From a virus (taxonomy: Duplodnaviria > Caudoviricetes): a DNA stretch of 64,000 bases. The stretch spans positions 10,030 to 74,029 of IMG/VR virus record IMGVR_UViG_3300042196_000163. One strand, written 5' to 3'. Below are positions 9,519-17,479 of this stretch, piece by piece. Numbering within the stretch: the first letter of the stretch is position 1; each line of letters opens with the position of its first letter. The translations under genes and the position numbers were made by a program. Below the pieces are notes generated by a model. It was not told the origin of the DNA, ran no database searches, and saw only the letters and a list, made by a program, of their open reading frames with translations.

Positions 9519-9911
9519 GTGGCGCGACTTATCTTCATCTCGGAAACCGACAGGCACGCCGATCCTCGGTTCGATTACGAGGTCATGTTTCCAGGCGACT
9601 GCGTTGAAGTTTTCAAGAGCGGAACATTTCCCGGAACGAAGGTTGTCAACAACCCGCGGTTTCGCATTGTCGACGATGATTCGGTCGGCGTCGCGCCCTA
9701 CCTTTTCCTTCTCGAGCGCGAGCCTTACGAGCCAGGCGTCGGACGGCATCAGCGACGCTGGAACGTTGACCTGCCGCGCCTCGTCAAAATCACGGCGCAA
9801 CGATTTGGACGACGCATTGATCGCGTCGAAATCATTCAAGCGACACTGCCCATCATCACTTCGTTGGCCAGCGTCAAGCGGCTGGTTGGCAATCGGAGAA
9901 TGATCGGATGA
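9519..9911 (+). CDS. Hypothetical protein
   Basis: GTG start one base after the upstream TGA; its stop overlaps the next ATG. Confidence 0.55.
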   Translation: MARLIFISETDRHADPRFDYEVMFPGDCVEVFKSGTFPGTKVVNNPRFRIVDDDSVGVAPYLFLLEREPYEPGVGRHQRRWNVDLPRLVKITAQRFGRRIDRVEIIQATLPIITSLASVKRLVGNRRMIG

Positions 9912-10888
9912 GCACAGATCTGATCGGCTCCGGTGAGGCGTATACGACCCCGGCGCTGTGGTGGGCGGATATCCCCGCCACCTTGCTGGAGGCTGAAATT
10001 GGCCGCGGCACCAACACCGCCGAGATTGTGACTTCGGCAGCGACGGACTTTTCCGGCAAGACAGTCGGTGCTTTCTCGATCGTCCTTGAAACCGAAACTG
10101 GCGACAGTTTCCGCGACCACGCCAATAAGCTCACCAACGCGCTGCGCTATAACGAAGCCAATGGGACCGCGTGGTCGAATAGCGGCAACGTTGACATGAT
10201 CACCGTCGGGTCAAACCCGATGACATTCCGCCATTGGCAGTTCGAGATGGCGGCCGGTTACGGTTACATGGTTAACAGAACGGACGCAGCGCCCGTTGTA
10301 TTCGACTCATGCATCTTCGATGGCCATACCCTCACCGGAACTCAGCAGCTTCTGAAACTCAGAGGCACGACGCTGCAAAACAGCCTAATCATTGATCGGT
10401 CGACAGATGGTGCTGGCGACGCCGTGTTCTTCGACGGCGACGGATCGATCGTCAGCTGCAGCATAGTTCGCATAGCTGCGGCGACTGCTCGGCGCGGCAT
10501 CGAGCAGTACGTCGGGACCGTCAACGTCCTTAACACGGCTGTCTTTGGCTTCTTCGACTCCGATTTCGGAACATTTACGGGGTCGAACAACGCATCTGAT
10601 CTGACTTTGGGCTTCGGCTCTGCCAACCAGAACGCGCTCAGCTACGCCGCGCAATTCGAGAACATCTCGGGTGGGACAGAGGATTTCCGCGCCAAGGCCG
10701 CGGGTGGATTGCTTGCCAACGGCACGTCGTCCGGCACGCCGACGACCGACATTCTCGGCCAGACCCGCGATACCAGCCGCGACATCGGCGCGCACGAGCA
10801 GATCGCCGGCGGTGGCGGCACCGACGTCGGCGCCAAGATTAACGCGGGCCTCATCGGGGCCGGCAAGTTACGAGGGCTCGCGGCATGA
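9908..10888 (+). CDS. Putative virion protein with right-handed beta-helix (pectin-lyase-like) repeats
   Basis: FDSCIFDG/LQNSLII/IVSCSIV/VLNTAVFG rungs; C-terminal TDILGQTR...DIGAHE motif. Confidence 0.55.
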   Translation: MSTDLIGSGEAYTTPALWWADIPATLLEAEIGRGTNTAEIVTSAATDFSGKTVGAFSIVLETETGDSFRDHANKLTNALRYNEANGTAWSNSGNVDMITVGSNPMTFRHWQFEMAAGYGYMVNRTDAAPVVFDSCIFDGHTLTGTQQLLKLRGTTLQNSLIIDRSTDGAGDAVFFDGDGSIVSCSIVRIAAATARRGIEQYVGTVNVLNTAVFGFFDSDFGTFTGSNNASDLTLGFGSANQNALSYAAQFENISGGTEDFRAKAAGGLLANGTSSGTPTTDILGQTRDTSRDIGAHEQIAGGGGTDVGAKINAGLIGAGKLRGLAA

Positions 10889-12567
10889 ATCATCTCGGCG
10901 ATTTCCCAGTCGGTGCCACCGTCGACCTGATGTGGAATTCCAACGGGGCCAATGGCGCGAGCATCACGCGCGCCACGGACGGCACCATCAAAATCTACAA
11001 GAACAACTCCGTCACCGAGCGCTCCTCGGCGGCCGGCATCACCGATACCGAGGATTTCGACGCCAACACGGGCGTTCACCATCTCCGCATCAGCCTCTCC
11101 GACAACACCGATTCCGGCTTCTATTCTGCCGGTAGCGAATATCATGTCGTGCTGACCGCTGCGACCATCGACGGTCAGACCGTCAACGCGCATCTGGCGT
11201 CGTTCTCGATCGAGCGGGCCTCCGGCATCCTCGCCGAGATCAAACGCCGCCTCCCGGATGCCGCCTTCAACGCCGCCGGCGGCCTCTCGTCGATGGTTCA
11301 TCGCGCCAGCACGCTGCCGGCGCAGACCGGCGCCAACCCGGCCGTCGGTACCGTCAATCTCGCCGCCGCCGGCATTGGCGCCACGGACGAACTCGTCGGC
11401 CAGTTGCTGGTCATGTTCTCGACCGGCATCACGGTGCGCGGCGTCGGCATCATCACGGCCGCGGACAACGCCAATGATCGCGTCACGCTGAACGGCGGGA
11501 CCGCGCTCACGTTCACGCCCACCGCTGGCGATATCTATGTCGTCCGCACGGATCCCGGCCTGGCCGGCCTCGCCAGCGCCGACGTCGCCTCGGCCGTGCT
11601 CGATGCCGTCGCCGCCAGCTACAACGCGGCCGGCTCGATCGGCGAGGCGATCAACAACGCCGCGGTCGGCGGCGAAGATCCGTCGATCCTGGTGTCGACG
11701 ACGATCGCCACCCTCGCCAGCCAGACATCGTTCACACTGACGGCGGGCAGCGCCGACAATAACGCCTATGTCGATGCGATCGCGGTCGTCACGGATTCGG
11801 TGACGGCGGTGCAGAAGGCGGTCGGCTGGGTCAGCGCCTATACCGGCTCGACCAAGACCGTCACGCTCGCGTTCGATCCCGCGATCTTCACAATGGCCGT
11901 GGGCGACTCCATCAGCATCATCTCGGCCCCCAAGCGCTTGGCGGCCAGCGCCATCGCGGCGGCGAGTTTCCAGGCCAGCGCGATCGATGCCAACGCCATC
12001 GCTTCGAACGCGATCGCCGCGGCCAAGATTGCGACCGGCGCGATCACGAATGCCAAGTTTGCCGCTGGTGCCATCGACAATACCGCCATTGCGGCCAACG
12101 CCATCGCCGCCACCAACATCGCCACTGGTGCCATCACCGCGGCGAAGTTCGCGGCGGGGGCGATTGACGCCGCCGCGATCGCGGACAATGCGATCGATGC
12201 GGGCGCGATTGCCACTGGTGCCATCACCGCGGCGAAGTTCGCCGCCGGCGCCATCGATGCCGCCGCGATTGCAACCGACGCCATCACGGCGGCCAAGATT
12301 GCGGCCGACGCGATCGGCGCCTCGGAATTGGCGGCAGATGCGGCAACCGAGATCGTCACGGCGGTCTTCGCCCGCGCGTTCTCGGCGGCATATGGCAGCT
12401 ACACGTTCGATCAGATGATCGGCATGTTCTCGTCGGTGCTGATCAGCAAGGTCTCCGGCATGGAGACCGGGCTGCCGGTCTTCCGCAACCCCGCTGACAG
12501 CGGCAACGTTGTTTCGGCCGTCACCGATGCCGACGGCAACCGCACGTCGGTCACCCGCACGCCGTAA
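10885..12567 (+). CDS. Minor virion/fibre protein with Ala-rich period-5 repeats
   Basis: AITAAKFAAG/AIDAAAIA repeats; ATGA-coupled. Confidence 0.65.
   Translation: MNHLGDFPVGATVDLMWNSNGANGASITRATDGTIKIYKNNSVTERSSAAGITDTEDFDANTGVHHLRISLSDNTDSGFYSAGSEYHVVLTAATIDGQTVNAHLASFSIERASGILAEIKRRLPDAAFNAAGGLSSMVHRASTLPAQTGANPAVGTVNLAAAGIGATDELVGQLLVMFSTGITVRGVGIITAADNANDRVTLNGGTALTFTPTAGDIYVVRTDPGLAGLASADVASAVLDAVAASYNAAGSIGEAINNAAVGGEDPSILVSTTIATLASQTSFTLTAGSADNNAYVDAIAVVTDSVTAVQKAVGWVSAYTGSTKTVTLAFDPAIFTMAVGDSISIISAPKRLAASAIAAASFQASAIDANAIASNAIAAAKIATGAITNAKFAAGAIDNTAIAANAIAATNIATGAITAAKFAAGAIDAAAIADNAIDAGAIATGAITAAKFAAGAIDAAAIATDAITAAKIAADAIGASELAADAATEIVTAVFARAFSAAYGSYTFDQMIGMFSSVLISKVSGMETGLPVFRNPADSGNVVSAVTDADGNRTSVTRTP
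11930..12340 (+). repeat. Pentapeptide coding repeat including an exact 30-nt duplication
   Basis: gccactggtgccatcaccgcggcgaagttc occurs at 12121-12150 and 12211-12240. Confidence 0.9.
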
Positions 12568-12783
12568 ATGTTCGGTCACCGGTACTTCGCGGCCTCATTC
12601 TTTGGCGACCGCTTCTTCGGCGACGGACCGGATGACGGGGCCTTCGTCCCCGAGAATCCTGCCGTGGCGCGTACCGGCGGCGCGGTGACAGCCGGCGGCG
12701 GCTCTGTCGGCGTCGCTGCAGCACGAATTGCCGCCGCAGCCGCCGTGGCCCGCGCAGCGGGAACACCGGCAATTCCGAGGTAG
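12568..12783 (+). CDS. Small virion-associated protein with an FG-pentapeptide N-terminus
   Basis: MFGHRYFAASFFGDRFFG; abuts the upstream TAA. Confidence 0.55.
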   Translation: MFGHRYFAASFFGDRFFGDGPDDGAFVPENPAVARTGGAVTAGGGSVGVAAARIAAAAAVARAAGTPAIPR

Positions 12784-12786
12784 ACA

Positions 12787-13416
12787 ATGGCGCTGTTGCC
12801 GTACAAAAGCATCGTCACCGTGCCGGCTGCGTCAAAGGACATGACGCTTCTGGCGACGGTTAAGACCGAGCTCGGCATCACAGACGCCGCTTCCGATGCC
12901 AAGCTCTCGGCGCTGATCCAGCAGGCCTCGGCCGCGATCGTCTCGTTCTGCAAGCGAGAGTTCGCGCAGGAAACGCTGGCCGATACCTTCCGCACGGATT
13001 GCGGCGATTCGGTCCTCCAACTATCCCGCAGGCCGATCGTATCGGTGACGTCGATCGTCGAGGACGATGTCTCGCTGACGGCAGCCGACTACGAGATCAT
13101 CGCTGCCAACGGCTGGATACAGCGCATCGATTCCGAGGAGAGGCCGATCGGCTGGGCCTGGGGGAAAACGGTTGTAACCTACGTTGCCGGTTGGATCATG
13201 CTCACAAATTTGCCATCGGATCTCGAGCGAGCGTGCATCGATCTGATCAAGGGAAAATGGTTTGCGCTTGAGCGCGATCCGCTTGTGAAATCAGAATCGA
13301 CTCCAGGAGTCTACTCGGTCGATTATTGGGTCCAGAGCGGGGAGTCCGTGCGAGGTCTGCCAGCCGATGTCGCGCGCCAGCTCGAGGAACTCGGCTACGT
13401 CGAGGTCATCGCGTGA
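12787..13416 (+). CDS. Head-tail connector (gp6/phiE125 gp8-like adaptor)
   Basis: TLLATVKTELGIT..DAKLSALIQQASAAIVSFCKR..VVTYVAGW..LPSDLERAC; consistent synteny. Confidence 0.8.
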   Translation: MALLPYKSIVTVPAASKDMTLLATVKTELGITDAASDAKLSALIQQASAAIVSFCKREFAQETLADTFRTDCGDSVLQLSRRPIVSVTSIVEDDVSLTAADYEIIAANGWIQRIDSEERPIGWAWGKTVVTYVAGWIMLTNLPSDLERACIDLIKGKWFALERDPLVKSESTPGVYSVDYWVQSGESVRGLPADVARQLEELGYVEVIA

Positions 13417-13748
13417 GCGTTGCCCGCATCCGCGCCCTGGTCGAGCGCGCCGGCGAGACGGTCACGCTGCGGCGCATCACCGGCACGACGTCGCAGACCA
13501 ATACGGACGTCTCGCTGAAGGCCAGCATCAGGGGTTATGCGCCGGACCAAATCGACGGAACGAGCATTAAACAGGGCGACAGCGAAGTCATCATCTCAAC
13601 GCGCGAAATTGTCGCGGCTGGTTGGCCGGCACCGCCACAGCAAAACGATAGAATTCTGCGCGACGGCAAGCCGCTCATAGTACATATCTGCGAGACCCGG
13701 AATTTCCGCGAAGAGGTTGGGCTCTACATCTTGCAGTGTCGCGGCTAG
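13413..13748 (+). CDS. Head-closure/stopper protein
   Basis: GTGA overlap; GETVTLRR..IKQGDSEVII..QNDRI; position after the adaptor. Confidence 0.7.
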   Translation: MSVARIRALVERAGETVTLRRITGTTSQTNTDVSLKASIRGYAPDQIDGTSIKQGDSEVIISTREIVAAGWPAPPQQNDRILRDGKPLIVHICETRNFREEVGLYILQCRG

Positions 13749-13933
13749 CGCCTGATCGGCGTCGAGCACGACCACAGTAGCGCCGCCACCCAGCCCGCCC
13801 CGGTCCAGCCAAGCAGGATGTTCAGCCAGGTGATCGCCGGTCGCTCCGGATGCCCGCGCTGCGCCGCGATGAACGCCGGCAGGAAATAGCAGGCGATGAT
13901 GGCGATGAGAATTGCGACGGCGAGCGGGTCCAT
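13745..13933 (-). CDS. imm: Superinfection immunity protein (T4 Imm-like)
   Basis: YFLPAFIA..RGH..AI..LNILLGWT..GWVAALLWS is the Imm_superinfect signature. Confidence 0.85.
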   Translation of the reverse strand: MDPLAVAILIAIIACYFLPAFIAAQRGHPERPAITWLNILLGWTGAGWVAALLWSCSTPIRR

Positions 13934-13987
13934 GGCGGGTCTCCTTCAGCGTAGTCATAGCAACAACCCGGCGTTGAGGGCAAATCT

Positions 13988-14701
13988 ATGACCCGCACAT
14001 CCCTCGATGCCCTGAAGCAGACGGTCACTGTGACGTGGCCCACGCGCGACAAGGCGCGCGCCAAGGAATTCCTTGTTCGGTTCGCACGCGAAAATACCGC
14101 GCGGATCGTCAACGAGCAGCAGGCCCGCGCCGGCGTTAAACCGGGCGTCGACATGTATGCGAACCAGAAGGGCAACTCGAACCTGCAGAGCGTCGTCCTG
14201 CCGGGTCCGATCATCAGCGACTTCCAATATTTGGGTGAAATCATTCTGGTGACTCTAGGCGCGTTGCGCGCAGCGAGCCCGGTCCGTTCCGGCGCTTATC
14301 GCGATGGGCATCAGATTTTTATCAACGGCGCGCCGGTAGCGACGCTGCCGAATCCGTTGCCGCCTGGGTCAGAAATAATGATCTCAAACACCGTGCCGTA
14401 CGCCAGACGTATCGAGATCGGCAAGACCGCCGCCGGCCGCGCCTTCGTCATCCAGGTTCCGAACCGCATCTATGAGCGCGTCGCCAAGAACATCATCGGC
14501 AAGCGCTACGGAAATATCGCAAAAATTTCGTTCGGTTATGTGACCTTGGGCAGTTCCGGCATTCGTCGCCAGCAACTCTCCAGCCACTACCGGACCGGCA
14601 AGGCGGCCGGCAAGCGCGGCGGCGGCGTTCTCCGCAAACGCCAGCAGCATATCGGCGAGAAAATCCAGGCGCCGGCGATCTTCTTTGAGGCCTTCCGGTG
14701 A
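13988..14701 (+). CDS. Neck/tail-completion protein (HK97 gp10-like)
   Basis: SPVRSGAYRDGH and ISNTVPYARRIEIG motifs. Confidence 0.65.
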   Translation: MTRTSLDALKQTVTVTWPTRDKARAKEFLVRFARENTARIVNEQQARAGVKPGVDMYANQKGNSNLQSVVLPGPIISDFQYLGEIILVTLGALRAASPVRSGAYRDGHQIFINGAPVATLPNPLPPGSEIMISNTVPYARRIEIGKTAAGRAFVIQVPNRIYERVAKNIIGKRYGNIAKISFGYVTLGSSGIRRQQLSSHYRTGKAAGKRGGGVLRKRQQHIGEKIQAPAIFFEAFR

Positions 14702-15123
14702 GCGTCACGACGGTCGAAGCCCTGGCATCAATACGCGCACGGCTGACGGCGAACTTCAGCACCATCACGGTCCTGTGGGATGGCGACAATAACCTCGCCG
14801 CGGTGCCGACGCCGCCGACGCCATGGGCCTTCATGCGCTTCGTCGTCGATCCCGAATCCTTCCTGGCCCATGGCGGCGGTGCCACCAACAACGACTGGCT
14901 CAACGAGGGTTATATCGAGGCGGCCGTGATGACCGACGTGATCGGTGGCGCCGCGGCGGGCATGACGTATGCAGAATCAATCGCCGCCGTCTTCCGCGGC
15001 CAGATATTCGATGGCGTGACCTGCATGGCGGCGACTATCTCATCCGACGGCGAGAAGGATGAGGAAGGTCTGTACCGGATAACTTTTCTCATGATCGACC
15101 TCAAGTTCCACCGCCGCGCCTGA
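14698..15123 (+). CDS. Tail terminator-like protein
   Basis: GTGA overlap; size and position immediately before the tube gene. Confidence 0.6.
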   Translation: MSVTTVEALASIRARLTANFSTITVLWDGDNNLAAVPTPPTPWAFMRFVVDPESFLAHGGGATNNDWLNEGYIEAAVMTDVIGGAAAGMTYAESIAAVFRGQIFDGVTCMAATISSDGEKDEEGLYRITFLMIDLKFHRRA

Positions 15124-15268
15124 TCCATCGCCCGCGTGAGGCCCGCGCGGGAGTTTTCAAAGTCGACCTTGGGCAAGTCGCGCTGCCGCGCGCAAAGCGG
15201 CAATCCACAACCTGAGCCCAACCTGAGCGCCGCGGCGACGCGCGCGCTCTTGTTTATGGAGACATATC

Positions 15269-16516
15269 ATGAGCTTGGCCGAGAGTTTTGCCGAAAGGCT
15301 GTCGTTCAAAAAATATTCCTCGGGCGTCATCACCGCCGGCAGCGAGCCCGTCGCATCGGTGTCGCCTGGAGCCTCTGGCGGCCAGGTCCTGCGCCACGTC
15401 AGCCACAACATCACGCTGGCGAAGGACGCTTATGCCTCGACCGAGAAGCGCACCGATCGTCAGCGCCCGATGGGCCGGCACGGCACCAAGCGCGCGCCCG
15501 GCACCATCAACGGTCTGCTGAGCCCACTCACCTATGAGTCGCTGTTCGAGGCGGCGCTGCGCGGCACCTGGTCAACAGCGGCGATCTCGCACAGCCAATC
15601 GTCGCTGACCTCCGTCTCGGCGAGCAATGTGGCGGCGACCTTCACCTTCACTGGCGGCGATCCGGTCGCGCTCGGGTTCCGTGTCGGCGACATCATCCGA
15701 TTCACCGGCATGCTGGACACCGACAACAACTCGAAGAACTTCCTGATTCTCGGGTTCAGCGGCGCGAGCAATCGCGTCGTCAATGTCTACCCCGCACCCG
15801 ATACGCAGACCGGCGATACCAGCTTCACGGTTGCCACCGCCGGCCGCAGCCTCTTCATTCCCTCCTCGGCCCATGTCAGCCGCCTCTACGCCTTCGAGGC
15901 CAACAACCCCGATATCGACCTCGCTACATTGTTCACCGAATGCCGCATCGGCGGCTTCAATCTGGCCGTGACGCCCAACAACAACATCACTGTCGCCTTC
16001 CCGGTGCTGGGCCGCAATCGCACGACGCTGGTCAATACGAATGCGCCGTTCTTCACGGCGCCAACGGCGGAGACGACGACCGATCTCTGCGCCGCGGTCG
16101 ACGGCGTCCTGCGGCTCAATGGCGAGGTCCGCGGCGTCGTCACGGACCTTTCGATCAACCTCACGCTCAATCCGCAGGGCCCGCCGGTCATCGGCACCAA
16201 TCTCGTCCCGGAAATCTTTCTCTCCGATGCCGCGATCACCGGGCAGTTCTCGGTGTTCCTCGAGGATGGCGATTTCCTCGACGCCCTCGATCTTGAAAGC
16301 GAGTTCGACATCAACGCGCTCTACAAGACGAGTTCCGCCGCCGCATCGCCGGCGATGAGCTTCCATCTGCCACGCGTGAAGATCAACACCAACGAAATGC
16401 AGGACGATCCGTCGGGCGGCAAGTTGATTCGCTGCTCCTACGATGCCGCGCGATATTTCGGCGCGCTGCCTGGGGTGGAATCGACGGCACTTCGAATTTC
16501 AGATTCCGAGAAATAG
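15269..16516 (+). CDS. Tail tube (major tail) protein
   Basis: GGAG RBS; LRHVSHNITL..STEKRTDRQ..RHG..GTINGLLS and LFTECRIGGFNL; followed by tail chaperones and the tape measure gene. Confidence 0.8.
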   Translation: MSLAESFAERLSFKKYSSGVITAGSEPVASVSPGASGGQVLRHVSHNITLAKDAYASTEKRTDRQRPMGRHGTKRAPGTINGLLSPLTYESLFEAALRGTWSTAAISHSQSSLTSVSASNVAATFTFTGGDPVALGFRVGDIIRFTGMLDTDNNSKNFLILGFSGASNRVVNVYPAPDTQTGDTSFTVATAGRSLFIPSSAHVSRLYAFEANNPDIDLATLFTECRIGGFNLAVTPNNNITVAFPVLGRNRTTLVNTNAPFFTAPTAETTTDLCAAVDGVLRLNGEVRGVVTDLSINLTLNPQGPPVIGTNLVPEIFLSDAAITGQFSVFLEDGDFLDALDLESEFDINALYKTSSAAASPAMSFHLPRVKINTNEMQDDPSGGKLIRCSYDAARYFGALPGVESTALRISDSEK

Positions 16517-16634
16517 CCCTAATCCGCGCCGCCAGCGCGGAAACGAGCCGCCGCGCTTGCGTGGCGGTGGTTGCAACCGGGGGTCGGGCTGCTGGCGGCG
16601 GGCCGACCCCCAACCCTTCCGCCAAAGGTGAATC

Positions 16635-17057
16635 ATGGACAAGTTCGACGCCCTCGGGCTCGACGTTGAAGAACCGTCGCGCCTCATCCTCCTCAACCCT
16701 GCCGACAACAAGCCCATCCTCGATCTGGAAGGCAAAGAGGCCTATATCGATCTGCTGTCGACCGACAGCGATGTTGCAAGGCGACATGAGCGGGCGAACG
16801 GCAACCGCCGCATGAGCCGCCGCGGCAAGACCAAGATCGAAGAGCTGGAAGACGAGAACAACAGCTTGCTCGCGGCGCTGACCAAGGGCTGGCATCTCGT
16901 CAACCCGAAGGACGGCAGCGTGATCGATGTCCCGCTGACCGCGCAGGACGCCTATCGCCTCTACAGCTCGGGCAAGACGGCCTGGATCCGGGACCAGGCG
17001 TGGGCGCACGCGGGCGAACGCGCAAATTTTTCCGGGAGCTCGTCGAAGACCTCTTAG
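16635..17057 (+). CDS. Tail assembly chaperone (G-like)
   Basis: Lies between the tube and tape measure genes; ends ..ERANF at a slippery site. Confidence 0.8.
   Translation: MDKFDALGLDVEEPSRLILLNPADNKPILDLEGKEAYIDLLSTDSDVARRHERANGNRRMSRRGKTKIEELEDENNSLLAALTKGWHLVNPKDGSVIDVPLTAQDAYRLYSSGKTAWIRDQAWAHAGERANFSGSSSKTS
17024..17030 (+). promoter_or_regulatory. Programmed -1 frameshift heptamer A AAT TTT
   Basis: X XXY YYZ pattern in the frame of 16635; the -1 frame stays open to 17479. Confidence 0.8.
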
Positions 17058-17479
17058 GCTTCGCCGGGCATCAGTTCCGCCTCGACGTTCCAGATGACAG
17101 CGGCAAGAGCATGCGCTGGCATCTGGAGCAGCGGGAATTCAATTCCGGTAAACGACCCAAAGGTCTCGATGGCCCGCCGCTGCCTGACGAGATCGCCTAT
17201 CTCTGGGCCTGGTTCTGCGAGATGCATGCTGGCCGCAGCCGAAACGCTCTGGGGCCGTCGCCGGCGACGCATCTCGACCTGCTGGCCTGGCGGCAAAACC
17301 TCGACATCGAAGTCAAGCCTGCGGAAGTCCGCGCGCTCATCCTGCTGGGGCAGCGCTGGATGGAGGCGATGAGTGGTGGCGGCGAAAAAGCGTCGGCTCC
17401 GGCCAGCGATGAGCCAGAGAAACCGCCGGCCAAAGGCAAGCCCGCGCGCGCACCGCGTGGGCGAGAAAGGGGACGCTAA
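17024..17479 (+). CDS. Tail assembly chaperone C-terminal extension (GT-like, -1 frame)
   Basis: PPLPDEIAYLWAWFCEMHAGR..SPATHLDLLAW..EVRALILL is typical of T-like chaperones; no good independent start. Confidence 0.75.
   Translation, partial: KFFRELVEDLLGFAGHQFRLDVPDDSGKSMRWHLEQREFNSGKRPKGLDGPPLPDEIAYLWAWFCEMHAGRSRNALGPSPATHLDLLAWRQNLDIEVKPAEVRALILLGQRWMEAMSGGGEKASAPASDEPEKPPAKGKPARAPRGRERGR

Noticed and set aside
10642-12579. 645-aa reverse ORF with GDG/RRR repeats
   Set aside because: Mirror of the pentapeptide-repeat gene.
15208-15228. Direct repeat caacctgagc x2 upstream of the tube gene
   Set aside because: Only two short copies with no further structure or context; may be chance.
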